A stretch of 64,000 nucleotides of DNA from Octopus vulgaris (taxonomy: Eukaryota), in contig OX597821.1 in the NCBI GenBank assembly GCA_951406725.2, forward strand, positions 7,936,001 through 8,000,000, read 5' to 3'. The notes beneath the pieces are model-generated. The model was not told the DNA's origin, did not search any database, and was given only the letters and a program-made list of their open reading frames with translations. Both the position numbers and the translations under genes were made by a program. Every line of letters starts with the position of its first letter. Position 1 is the stretch's first letter. Below, piece after piece: positions 13,495 to 27,790 of the stretch.

Positions 13495-16338
13495 TTAAAC
13501 ATGTAGACTATTTGGGCCACATCCAGCCCAAATAGTCTACCATTTTTATGTTCAAACCAAGCAGATCCAGCTTCTTACACCTACCCTACAATGCCATTTT
13601 CAAAATAAACAATTACATTATCAAAAGCTTGAAGATTACATTTGACAGACTAATCTGAATGATAATGGGTTATAATTTAACTTCTAACAGCCTCAAAATA
13701 ACTGATATGAGCACAATTACAGGACCTGTACGTACATGAGCAGCTGAGGCAAGATTTTTTTGTAAAACACGAGCAGTTACCCATCCCTGTAAGGCTCCCC
13801 CCCTTCCTCCATGCCACTGATGTTTATCCAAAGGAAAACTAACACCATGGGCCAATGCTGCTTGGCACTAGTGTTGTCATAGGCATTGCTGTCACAGCAC
13901 AGAGAACTGGAACAAACAGTGCAAGGAATCTCGCCTGATCCTCTGATATCAGTCATTATCACTTAGCGTCCATATTCCATGCTAGAATGGGTTGGTTGGT
14001 TTGACAGGATCAGAAGACTGTTTTGGCATGGCTGGATGTCCTTCAGAACAGTTCTGCCAATTCATCAACCAGGACTAGTATTATTTTGTCGACCTCCAAA
14101 AAAAACTGAAAGGCAAAGTTGATTACAGTAGGATTAGAACTCAAAGTGCTAGAGTTGAAACAAACACCATGAGGTATTCTTCCCAACACTCTATTGACTT
14201 TGCCATTTCATTGTCTTATAGGATAATGGTAGTTCTTTTTGTGTTTGTGCACGTCTCCCCAATGAAGGCACATAGCTTAGTGGTTAGGGGATTCAGATCA
14301 CAATCACAAAGTCATGAGTTCAATTCCCAGCGACGTGTTGTGTCCTTGAGTAAGACACTTTATTTCACGTTGCTCCAGTCCACTCAGCTGGCAAAAATGA
14401 AGAGTGCCTGTATTTCAAAGGGCCAGCCTTATCACATTGTGCCATGTTGAATCTCTCTGGAAACAACATTAAGGATACATGTATTCCGTGGAGTTCTCAG
14501 CCACTTGCAAGTTAATTTCACGAGCAGGCTGTTCCAGTGATCGGATCAAGTGGAAGCCTTATTTTCATAACACATTTGTTATGTCTATTGGGCAAATGTC
14601 TATTTTATCCCAGGCCAACCAAAGCCCTAGGAATGGATTTGGTAGACAAAACTGAATTTATATGTGTATGTGTATATGTGTGCACATGCATGTGTGTATA
14701 GTAAAAAAGTTACTGACTCACAAGGGCTAGTTTCATGGTGTATATATTCCCCACCCAGACAGGATACTGGTTCATCGCAGGATTACTCATTTTTGCCAGC
14801 TGAGTGGGGGCTGGAGCAACATGATATAAAGCATTTTGCTCAAGAACACAACACATTGCCTGATCCAGGAATCAAAACTGCAATCTTACAATCATGAGTC
14901 CAACACCCTAACCACTAAGCCATGTACCTCCACCGTGCATGTGTGTTACTGTCTCCTTGCTTTGCCCATAGCATTATAAGTGAAAATGAGTGTCACCATC
15001 ATGCAAGCATTATCCATCACTCTCAATATTCTATGAAAACATGTCTGGTTAAAGGGAAACACTACCTTACTTGGAAATAGGTGAAGGTTGGTCACAGAAA
15101 AGGCATCTTGATGTAGAAAATCTGCTTCAACAAAATTCCATCCGACCCATGCAAGCATGGAAAAGTGGATGTTAAAGCAATGACGCTGCGATTATAATTC
15201 CAACTGTTTTTACCACTACATGGTTTGTCAAGAAAATAAGACTAATAATAATAATGGTTTCAAATTTTGCTACAAAGGCAGTAATTTTGGGGGTGGGGGT
15301 ATAGTCAATTACATTGACCCCAGTACTTGACTGGTACTTAATCTATCGGTCCCGAAAGGATGAAAGGAAAAGTTGACATCAGCGGAATTTGAACTCAGAA
15401 TATAGTGCAGACGAAATACCGCTAAGCATTCTACCTGGCATGCTAATGATTCTGCCGGTATGCCACCTTAATAATAATAATAATAATAATAATAATAGCT
15501 TCAAATTTTGGCACAGGACCAGCAATTTTGGGGGAATGGAGACTAGTTGATTAGATCAACCTCAGTGATCAACAAGAAGTTGTTTTATTGATCCCAAAAA
15601 GGATGAAAGGCAAAGTCGACCGTGGCAGAATTTGAACTCAGAACATAAAGATGGACAAAATGCTGCTAAGCATTTTGCCTGTTGTGCTAACGATTCTGCC
15701 AGTTTGCAATCTTAATAATAATAATAATAAATAATAATAACAACAACAAAAACAACAAACATTTTTTCAGTCAATTGCAAGGTAGTCATATTACACCTAA
15801 GTGTTATTTTAACAAGACGCGCCAAGGTAATTAGTTTTAATGAAATAGAAGTTAGGTTTCTAGTGATGAACTCAACAGACAGAAATAACCAAGATATATA
15901 TATGGAGGATAAAATGTCAAAGACGAATGCTGAATATAATTGAAATGCAAGGATTATTTTTGCAACAAGATTTCTTCTTTAGAAAATAATGCTGAGAGAG
16001 GAACTGATTGGCACCGAAATAAATGGCAGTGAAATTGAAACTTGTTGCTTATCAAGAGAGAATGAATTAAGAACGTTTAATGTTTGTCCAAAATGTTAAG
16101 GACATCTTTTTTTTTTACTTTTTGTATGTTTCGGTCATTTGACTGTGGCCATGCTAGGGCATGCTTTAATGGGTTCAGCTGAGCAAATGTGCCCAGTATT
16201 TATTCTTTAAGTCTAGTATTTACTCTATTGATCGGTTTTGCTGAACTGCTAAGTTACAGGGATGTAAACAAACTAACACCAGTTGTCAAGCAATGATGGA
16301 GAAGCAAAATATACAAACATGCACACACACACAAATAT

Positions 16339-16369
<31 letters not shown>

Positions 16370-17352
16370 CATACACACACATATAAACATACACATTGTG
16401 GGGCTATAATAGAAGACACTTGCCCAAGGTGTCATGCAGTAGGACTGAACCCAAAATCACAGTTGCAAAGTGAGGTTCTTAACCACACAACCTTACTAAT
16501 GACCTGTCATCAAAAGGTTTGTTTAAACAAACAAACAGTATATGATGATGGTGTTAGTAAAAAATTTATATTGTGCAACAATTGAAAATGGTGTTTGTAC
16601 ATTGTAAAGTTGCATATAACAAGATGGTTATGTTCTGTGGCTATATTTTATGTCTGTGCATTTTCTTGCTTTACGTCCATTTTTCCATGCCAGCATGAGT
16701 CGGATGAATAGGTATTGAAATACTGTTTAACAGCTGGATGCTACAAGAATATTAGCAACAGTATGAGAAAAACTGATTTGAAGTTTCTGTACATACCAGT
16801 ACCGTTTCAAAGAATACAAAGTAAAAGACAGATTTACAACAGCTATGTTTGGAAACCAGAAGTTAAAATCTTTGGTCCACCCTAGAATAAGGAGTTTCTC
16901 ATGTTACTCTTTTTCTTACTTCAGTCGTATGACTGCAGCCAAACTGGAGCCTCAACTCAAGGATTTTAGCTACTTTTTATTTTTATTTATCTTCCATTAC
17001 TTATTGAGCAGAAAGCAAAATTACTAGTGTTGGCATCATGATAAAATGGCTTACGCAAGACCTATGGTTACCAAATACCTCTGTCAAGGAGCTAAACGTG
17101 AAGTGAAAAGGACACAATCAATGCTTAAACTGTATATGTGTGTATAGTGACCTTAAATGCACTGGTCACATGTCCAATTTCATTTTGTTGTCATAGGTAG
17201 AAAACGGCAGAGTTGTTAGAGCATCATAGAATGTTTCATGGTATTTGTTCTGAACCTCTGCACTCTGAGTTCAAATCCAGGTATTGTCAAATTTACCTGT
17301 CATCCTTTTGGGTGAGATTGATAAAAAAAGTACCAATCCAAGGCAATTTTAT

Positions 17353-17778
17353 ATAGGCCCTTCACTCCCTATGGGGCATAGGCCATCGACAACTTTCCTT
17401 CACTGTTCTCAACTCTGGGTTGTTTTTTTTTCCATCTGCTTCTCTCCAATTGGGCCCCTGCTTTTCCTCAGTATTCCACCTCCAGCTATTTATTTGGGAG
17501 TCCTCTCTTCTGGCTCTCTTGTGGGTTGTTTCCATGAAAAAAGTCCTTCTTCTCTCACACTTCATTGCTTTTGAATTGTCATAAATGCTTCTATAATTTT
17601 GCTTTTTACTAGGTAGGGGTGATGGCCCTGCATAAACCTATTTTTACTTCTAGGATGAGGTGGTCCATATTAGTCTGGCCTCTATTCTTTGATCTGTCCA
17701 GTAGGAGAGGATCTACTAGGAGCCAGCACTTCACTGGCACAGGACTCAGAGTCACTGAGACACACAAGCCACAGCACT
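17353..17778 (-). mobile_element. Internally deleted non-autonomous RTE-clade LINE derivative
   Basis: On minus, an RTE-like 5' UTR (homologous to 27541-27790 on +) is joined to a decayed RTE ORF end (ggaaagttgtcgatggcctatgccccataggg = KVVDGLCPIG). Confidence 0.55.
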
Positions 17779-19129
17779 GTAACAAAGACTAGGGCCTTGT
17801 GGTAGGACCAATGGCAGTGGATTGGTAGAGATATAAAAACAATGAACTGGATGCCTTGCAGCATTTGTACCAGCTCTTTGTAGTCTGGGTTCAAATCCTT
17901 TCATGGCCTAGTTCGATGATAGACTTAAATTATAGACCCATCTAGTACCACTGGCTGGCACCTTGGGTGCCTCTAGCGGTATCCACTCTGTTGCAAGCAT
18001 TCAGATAAGGTCTCTGGGTTGAGGATGCTGCCCTCCCTCCCACCTGCTTACCAGTTTCAGAGGTGTTGTAAAGGGCCATGGGCACTACTGTCCTTCCTGA
18101 CTTAGATATAGAAAAGAAAAAGGTAAAATTTAATTCCAGAATAAGATAACTAATAAGGTAACCTACATGTGAATGGAATTCAAATAGAAAATGAAGAACT
18201 TGTTTGTTTTGGAATGCTTCGTTGGTTTCAAGACAAAAACTGTAATTGTTACATCTATTTTAGAAGATAATGTTATCAATGTTTCCTTTATCCCAGAAAC
18301 TTGGCTCATTGCAGAACCCCCACCCTCCAAACATGTCCTACTAAAAGTCTTGTATTGCAGTTACATCTACCAGAATATCATGAAACCAATGAGAGAGAGA
18401 AAGAAAGAGAGAGAGATCGCCTCTATGTGATCAATTGACATGCTAGAAATAGTAGCCAACTCTTTTAAATTGCACTTTATTATCTTAAAAGGAAAGAAAT
18501 GTCTAATGAAACATAAGATTTTTTTTCTTCTTCCTGTTCTGTTACTTGCTGGATCTGGAGGAATGGATTGTGCTTGTGGCCCCCATAGATCCTTGTTACT
18601 AGTAAGACTGAAGCTATTAATGTTCCTCTTTAACTACTGCAACTCAATACCTGAGGGAAAGACAAGAGCAAGGAAGGAAGGAGTTCCAGAGGGCCAATGT
18701 TCTAGAAAGAAGAAAGGACTGGGTGTAGTGATTAGCACGACATCCTAATAAAAGATGGGATGGTCATGACTGGAAGACCCTTGATAATAGCTCTATTTAA
18801 TCCCACTGATACCAATTCACTCAAGACTGCACCTGGTTTTATGATACAAACTTCTTGTTTAAAATTAAAACCTTCCACCAAAAATTTCATGTTAAAGTAC
18901 GTTCCAAAAACCAGTTCAATAATGACAGTTATTTTACCAAATACTTCATGATTACTTTCAAAATTAAGGTAGCATATTTCACTATTGTAAAATATACTTG
19001 CACAGGATCTTGGGAAAATGTTTTCTAACAAAACTCTGAGTCAACCAAAGGTTTGTGAGTGGATTTAGCCTATAGAAGCTGAGAGAGGCCTCTGTCTGTC
19101 TGTGTGTGTGTGTGTGCGCGTGTGCGTGC

Positions 19130-19165
<36 letters not shown>

Positions 19166-20057
19166 CTTTGTCTAGACATACGATGATTGTAAATGAACAA
19201 TCATCATACAAGCAAGGTTGTTTGTTTTCAGTCATCTGCAAAGAACATGTCTGGTCATGGGGGAAAATGACCTTGCTTGGAAACTGGTAAGGGTTGGCAG
19301 CAGGAAGGGCATCTGGCCATAGAAGCTCTGCCTCAATGAATTCCATGTGATTCATGAAAGCATGAAAAGGCAGATCTTAAAAGATGATTATGATATGGTA
19401 ACAAAAGGGTTAATTGTAACTGACCTGTGTACCATCAACCAGAAAAGTATCCCCAAGAGTTGGCAGTGCTATAGTAATCATAAAATGCCATTTCTTAAAC
19501 AGGCAGATGCCGTCCAAATCTTACACATCCTTTTGATATGCTGGTTGTAATATAAACTATAAATCAACAGCAAAATGCTACATAAATCAGGGATCAGCGA
19601 CAGGTTGCTCACTGAAGTGTCCAATGTGGGTTTTGAAACTTTTCTGAAGAAATTTCAAATTTAAATTCATTTGTAGCCCTTTGAGCAGATGATGTTTTAT
19701 TAGGAAGTCTTTTTTGTCATAATTTGTTTAACGTTTGCCTACATGAGCATTATCTGTAATGGAAATATGGAGGTGGGATTTGTGGAGATATAGCAGGTAC
19801 AACACAAAACTATGTCAAAAGCTGATAAATATCTAAATGAGGGGAAATTAAATTTTCAAGTGGTTAAGCTTTAATTTAAAGACTCGTAAGTAATCTTATA
19901 TGTAATCTGCAGAAAATAGCTGAAGCATAATCATTCTATTTTGTGGGCTGTTAATGACTGAATAATTTACATGGGAACTAAAGATTAACAAGATTATTTC
20001 AAAAGTCAATTTAGTTAATTTTTAAAACACAAGGAGTGAAGTGTGTATATATACACA

Positions 20058-20097
<40 letters not shown>

Positions 20098-21551
20098 TAA
20101 AATAATAAGATTATCTCAATGGAATCTCTAATTGTTTTAAAACAATGGGTTCACATCATTCATTCTTTTAAGCTGACATGAGATAGGTGCTTCTGATGAT
20201 TAAAGCAAATTGGCAGAGTCATTAAAACATCAGGCATAAGGCTTTGTACTGTTTGCTCTGATTCTTTGCACTGTGAGTTCAAATCCTTTTGAAGTCAACT
20301 TTACTTGTCATCCTTTTGGGAGGGCTTCGATAAAATGCACCAATCCAGGGCAATAGACTGAAAGAACTCTAAGAACATCAGTCTGGAATCATTATCAACA
20401 GCAAGTAGCATTTTCGATGCTGGCATGGATTGGACAGTTTGACAAGAACTGGCAAGGCCAGGGGTTGCACCAGGTTGCATAGTCTGTTTTTGGCTTGGCT
20501 TTTACAGATGGATGCCCTTCCTAATGCCAACCACGTTACAGAGTGTAATGGGTGCTTTTTACATGGCACCCAACACTCAGCATTTTGAGTTCCAATCTCA
20601 CCATGGTCTACTCGGGTAGCAGACTTATTTCATTACCTGATTTAGCACCACCACCTGGCCTTTTAGGTGTCTCTAGCAAGCACAAGCATTTGGACCAAGT
20701 CTTTGGTTTAAGGATACCTTCATTCCTCCCTCCTGCTAATCTCAGAAGCCCTGTAAAAGTCATGGGCATTATCTTCTCCATCATCAACAGCATCATCATG
20801 AACAACAACAATGCTTGGCCCTCACTGTTTTGTGCCACATAAAAAGCACTGATGTCATGTAAAAAGCACCCAGTACACTCTGTGGAGTAGTTGGTGTTAG
20901 GAAGGGCATCCAGCTGTAGAAATCAAGCCAAAACAGACTATGGAACTAGGTGTGGTTCCTGGCCTTGCCCCTTCTTGTCAAGCCATCCAACCCATGCCAG
21001 CATGGAAAACAGATGTTAAATGTTCATGATGATGATAATGGTTTTGTGTGTTTGTATGTGTCTCTGTCTATGTTAAAATCTCTTGAAAAGAAAAAGAAAA
21101 AAAAGAATCTATGTTTATTTCCAGCAAACTTAGTAGTGTGACAAACAGATCAATTTGCTTAATCCAGTTTCCTTGATTGAACAAAAAAAAAAGTGCCATT
21201 CTTACTTTACAGTTGGGTTTAGGTGGCAGTGGTACCCAATTGAACACTTTACAGGAACACAAGCTCTTGTAGTAGTGGTAGAACAAGCAGCTCCATTGCA
21301 AGTATGGGTGTGTGGCTAAGGAGCTCACTTTGCACCCACATGGTTATGAGTTCAGTCCCATAGTGTGGCAGTATGCACAAGTGTCTTCTATGGCCCAGAG
21401 CAACCGATGTCTTGTGAATGAATTTGGTCAATAGAAACTGTGTGGAATCCTCTATGCAGTAGAAAGGGCACCCAGCAGTAACTGCTCCAACTAGTAAAAC
21501 ATCTCATCCATGCAAAAACACACCACCAAATGTATGAAGGTGCATGTATGT

Positions 21552-21595
<44 letters not shown>

Positions 21596-24105
21596 TGCTT
21601 ATGGGAAATGCTTTGAATATGCAAATAAAGCTCTGATTCCATTATGTCAGCCACTGTCTAATGATGCTATAAATTCCATTCTAGGATTATTATAATTATC
21701 ATCATTATATATATATATATAAACATACATATGTAAACAAAAGAATGGAGATGGTATTATATAGCTTAAATACTATATATTTTACATTCATGAATATACG
21801 TATGTATATGATGGATATAAAATTAAAATGGAAAAAGAAAATAGTGAAGCATAAATGATACAACTAATTTTACCATTCATTTTCACTTGTTGGCATCAAG
21901 TGAAAAATGTCTGCAATGAATACTGAGCAAGGTCACTTTTCACATGCTTCTGGGATTTTCTGGGCCTTACAAAAAATAAACCATGCAGTTTGTTACACTG
22001 ATGAGGGAATCTTTATGTGACTGTTTGACATGCTAAAAAAATAGCAGTGACATCTTCCTCAGGTTCCATACTACTGTCTTTGAAGAGGAAATCTTTGTCT
22101 TTCTTTCTTTTCTTTTTACTTGTTTCAATCATTAGACTGTGGCCATTCTGGGACACTGACTTGAAGAATTTTTAGTCAAATCTATCAACTCCAGTGCTTA
22201 TTTTTTTAAAGCCTGGTACTTATTGTACCAGTCTCTTTTGATGAACTGCTAAGTTGTAGGGACATAAACACACCTACACCAGTTGTCAAGTGGTGGTGGT
22301 AGTGGTGGCAGGAGACGAACATAGACACGAAGAGACACACGTACACATATACATACATATATAAATATATATATATATATTAGTTGATAAAGGAAACAAA
22401 AGGTGGATTTAGTGCAACCATTTCCTTTATCGGTTATAAACTCAACAAACACTGCAGATTTCCTGATGTAGATCCAGTGATACTTATATCATTACTGTGG
22501 ATAACATCAGGTAGCCCAAACGGTGAATGTGCTTTAATCGACATACTAATAGATGTACACTCAAAGTCCAAATAGTTGAATAACATGGGATAAACATGAC
22601 TAGAATGCTTTTCACCATTAATCTGTTGAATCAAGATTGACCTGAAGGTAAACAACAACAACACACAGCCCAGTGTTTTACTGTTTTAACTATCATCACC
22701 AGTAATATATTCCAGATTAATGACCATATATAAACTGTTATTCAATTATAGAAACAGGGGAGAGACCTTAATATTTTCACTGTACATCTTTATACAGAGA
22801 ATAAGGTCATCTTAGAACCTAAAACAGCATAAAGATAATGGAACCGTTATCTCTGCTTATTTATAAATTACAGTAAAAATAACAGCCAATCATAATGCAA
22901 TAACACCACTCCATGTAAAATATAGTTGCATTACATCCAATTGCTAAAATCAGAACAACTGTTGTTGATGATGATGATGATGATGATGGCAATGATGAAA
23001 TATTGCAGTTAATGCATAGGATCAAATCTTTTACAAGACAGGCTTATGGCCGATTGATATAAAATGTAATATGTCTGTACGTCAAAGGTGTGGCTGTGTG
23101 ATCAAGATGCTTAGGTTCTGTCCTTCCATGTGGCACCTTGGGCAAGAGTCTTTTAGTATAGTCCTGAGCTGACCAAAGCCTTGAGGATTTGGTTGACAGA
23201 AAGTGAAAGGTGTGTGTGCGTGTGTATGTGTGTGTGTGTGTGTGTGTACCCTTGTCTTGGCATCATATGGTGACTGAAAATAAGCACCTCTGTCACAAAA
23301 GCAGCAATGTTGTTCATTTCCAGTCTTTCATGAAAAACATGTCTGGTTATGGCGGAAATATTACTTTGCTTGGAAATAGGTGAGGGTTGGTGACAGGAAG
23401 GGCATCTGGCTGTAGAAAGTTTGCCTCAACAAATTCTGTCTGACTCATGAAAGCTAGGAAATGTGAATGCTTGATGATGATGATGATGATAATACTTAAC
23501 TTATATGGGTATTCCAACAAAAGAACCTACAAATCCATCTTCCTCTCTCCTGTTGGCTTTTGTTTTATTATTATTTTTTTTTTTAATTAGTTCTTTATGT
23601 TATTACAAAATATTTCCAATAAAACATCAACATCATCGTTTAGCGTCCGCTTTCCATGCTAGCATGGGTTGGACGGTTCAACTGGGGTCTGGGAAACCAG
23701 AAGGCTGCACCAGGCCCAGTCTGATCTGGCAATGTTTCTATGGCTGGATGCCCTTCCTAACGCCAACCACTCCGTGAGTGTAGTGGGTGCTTTTTACGTG
23801 CCAGACGAGTCTGGCAAACGGCCACGATCAGATGGTGCTTTTTACGTGCCACCGGCACGGGGGTCAGGCGGGGTTGGCAACGGCCACGAACGGATGGTGC
23901 TTTTTACATGCCACCGGCACAAGGCCAGTCGGGGCAGCGCTGGCAACAGCCACGTTCGGATGGTTCTCTTACGTGCCACCGGCACAGCGATCAATATTTG
24001 AAAATAGAGACATAAACATTAGCCTTAGTAGATGGTGACTTGCCTGGACATCTAATGCTACATACAGATAGGCATGTTAGATAAACTGATATACCAACTG
24101 AAAGA

Positions 24106-24327
24106 TGCTGTTGAATATAGCCAGAGCTTTTGTACTATTGCCCAATACAACCAGACAGTGTTGCTGACCAATACATCCAGAAGAATTGGTGCTGTTGACC
24201 AATAAGCCAGATAAATTGTGCTGTTGACTGAAACAACCAGCCAACTTGTGTTATAATGACCAATATAGCCAGACAGTTTATGCTGTTGACCAATACAGCT
24301 ACACAGCTTGTGGTATTACAACCAATG
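24106..24327. repeat. Degenerate ~30-bp minisatellite (tgctgttgaccaatacagccagacag..)
   Basis: About 8 diverged units visible; CCAAT at 24142, 24168, 24199, 24260, 24290 and 24322. Confidence 0.75.
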
Positions 24328-27300
24328 TTGCTAGAAGAGGTAATGTCCAAGACCTCTGAAAACACTCTCAGACTTGTCAGATTGATGTGGTTTATAATCA
24401 ACTTGAATGTAAAGTTGCAATACCAGTTAACATTGGGGGTATGAGGTGGGAGAATAATACATAAATTGGGAAAAGGGAAAAAAGTAGAAGGCAGATATGA
24501 ATTACAGAGGGTCACTGATGTTCTGGGAAGGAATGGAAAGGTAGGACCATGTTATAAGCCAGGAATTTCGGCAGTGAGACACAAGAGAGACAGATGGGTT
24601 TAGGTGGCAGTGGTACCCAATTGGACACTTTGCAGGAACACAAGCTCTTGTAGTAGTGGTAGAACAAGCAGTTCCATTGCAAGTATGGGTATGTGGCTAA
24701 GGAGCTCACTTTACACCCAGATGGTTATGGATTCAGTCCCATAGTATGGCACTATGCACAAGTGTCTTCTACTATAGCCCAGGCTGACCAATGTCTTGTG
24801 GGTGAACTTGGTCAATAGAAACTGTGTGGAATCCTCTTTGTGTGTGTGTGTGTGTTTGTCTATTTGTCACTGCTTGACAACTGGTGTTGGTTTGTTTACA
24901 GCCCTGTAACTTAGTGGCTCAGCAAATGAGACCAACAGAATAAGTACCGGAGAGGTGGAGTGGCCATTTGTTTGACTAAACCCTTCAAGACGGTGCCCAG
25001 CAGAGCTGCAGTTCAAGGACTGAAACAAGTAAAAAAAAAAAAAATAATAGAATAATAAAAGAAAACATTAAAATAAAAATCCTTGCACATACTCCATAAG
25101 ATGTGTTTGCTTTAACCACCACCACCACCACCGCCGCCGCCAATGCCTCTGCCACCATTATCGCAAATACTATTCTATTTCTTTCGTATTTCAATTGATA
25201 CGGATTAGTCTGGTGTAGTCCAATCAAATTCAATGCTGTAAATACTCTGTTCTTACAAGCATAAACAGCTCATTCAATTGGCGATAGTTCTGAAATGGTT
25301 AGTCACGGCTTCGACTGAGGCTTTATGTGAATAGAGGAGAGAAAGAGTCAGTATTGATGAATTTTAAGGAAGAAAACACCAGATTCAAACAAATACATCC
25401 AGTAAATTATACATGTGTGTGTGTGTTTATATATATATATATATGTGTGTATGCACATGCATGTACATACATTGACAGATATATGCACACAAACAAACAT
25501 ACCCACAATGATCGATATATATATATACATAGATATGTGCACATATTTATATACACACACAATAAATGTTTCTGCATATGTATTCACACAATATAAATAC
25601 ATGTACACACACGCTCACAACTATTAGATACATATAAGATATATAGCCATAGATTGAAAACCATGCATACATATATACACAGAGGGAGGAAGAAAGACTC
25701 TGTGTGTGTGTGTGTGTTTTCAATCTCTAATGCAACAATAACCATTTTTTAGTTAGAAGTATTTCAAAAATTTTTGATAATGGTTGCAGCAAAATGTTAC
25801 CATTTGTTCAGCTAACAAAATAAGTGATGATAATTAACATACATACAAATAACTCATTAACATTTTGCCTAATTTAACATTTACCAAGCCAAAAACGATA
25901 TTGGTTTCAGTTGACCCATTTACAAATCATAATTATTTAATCCATTCATGGCCAATATTATAGTTTAACAGTTAGAGGTTGCACTATAATAAGAAGGGAT
26001 ATTTTCAAACCTCATCCTTTCAAACCCCCATGCCGGTGGCACGTAAAAAGCACCATCCGTCCGTGGCCGTTTGCCAGCTCCGTCTGGCACCTGTGCGGGT
26101 GGCACGTAAAAAGCACCCACTACATTCACGGAGTGGTTGGCGTTAGGAAGGGCATCCAGCCGTAGAAACACTGCCAGATCAGACTGGGCCTGATGCAGCC
26201 TTCTGGCTTCACAGACCCCAGTTGAACCGTCCAACCCATGCTAGCATGGAAAGCGGACGCTAAATGATGATGATGATGGTGATGATAGTCCAGATTAGTA
26301 GCACTTCATCTGAGCCATACTGCCCACTTGGATGCATTATGAGCTCACAAAGGGCAGAAAAGGTCAAGGTGTGTGTGTGTGTGGGATGTTGCTGGGTGTG
26401 TACTGGGCCATGAGTTTTCTTAGAAATAAAATATTTAAACTCGGAACAATATCCATAGTTTAACCATTTCTGTTCAAATACACTGTCTGATTCAATAAAC
26501 TTTGGAAATAATAATTTAGTAAAATAACTTTTACGGTGGCACGTAAAAAGCACCATCCGTTCGTGGCCGTTGCCAGCACCGCCCCGACTGGCCTTGTGCC
26601 GGTGGCACGTAAAAAGCACCATCTGTTCGTGGCTGTTGCCAGCCCCGCCTGGCCCCCCGTGCCGGTGGCACATAAAAAGCACCATCCGATCGTGGCCGTT
26701 TGCCAGACTCATCTGGCACGTAAAAAGCACCCACTACACTCATGGAGTGGTTGGTGTTAGGAAGGGCATCCAGCCATAGAAACATTGCAAGATCAAACTG
26801 GGCCTGGTGCAGCCTTCTGGCTTCACAGACCCCAGTTAAACCGTCCAACCCATGCTAGCATGGAAAGCGGACGCTAAACGATGATGATGATGAACTTCGC
26901 CATTATCAAGCTAATATTTGGAACATAAGTTAACATGAAATTTTGATGGGAGGTTTTTATTCAGATAATTTAAAACTCAAAGAGTTTCTGGCAGATTGGT
27001 ATCAAAAGGGTTTAAATATTTTTAAAGCTTCAGCATTTAAAATTTATCTTTTATTTGTGTTGATTTCTCGGCTTTATTAATTAGCTATTTCTTTAATGAA
27101 TCACAAGGTTCCATGAGCTTCACTTTTTGTGGGGTTACTTTACAATTAAGCTGCTAGTCTATTATTGCAGAAAGTCCTGTCAGGTATTCTTTAGCTAAAT
27201 TAACTGAAGGGTAATTCAGGATGACTTTGTGTTAAGACAGAATGAAAAGCAAAGTGGTGAATACGAACTGGTAATTTAGGGTTGGAGATCCTATCATTAA

Positions 27301-27540
27301 TCTACTTAGCCAGTGCAATAATGACAAATTTTCTCTAATTTTGGCACAAGGCCAGAAACGTTTGGAAGACAAGGATAGTTGACTACATCAAGTCTCAGTA
27401 TTTGAATGGTACTCTATTTTATCAACCCAGAGAGATGAAAAGTGAAGTTGACTCTGGCAGGAGCTAAACTCAGAAGCTAAACAACCAGAACAAATATTGC
27501 AAGGCATTTTGTCTGATACTCAAATGACTCACCATCACGA

Positions 27541-27790
27541 GGGCCAGTTCTTGTGCACCTCAATGAGCCTGAGACCAAAAGCTACTAGAGAGCAAGCTCC
27601 TGGTAGGGTATTCCATGCTGGACAGGTCAAACGATAGAGACCAGACTAATATAGACCACTTCTTCTCAGAGGTAAAAATGTCTCTGCATAGGGCCAATAC
27701 TCTTGCCTAGAAAAGGGCAGAATTACAGAATCATTCACGACAATTCAAAACCAATATGATCTGGGAGAGAAAGGCCTTTCCGTGAGAATA
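27541..27790 (+). mobile_element. RTE-like LINE 5' UTR fragment
   Basis: gctcctggtagggt...ggacaggtcaaa..gaccagactaatatagaccac, homologous to 17570-17778 on minus. Confidence 0.5.
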
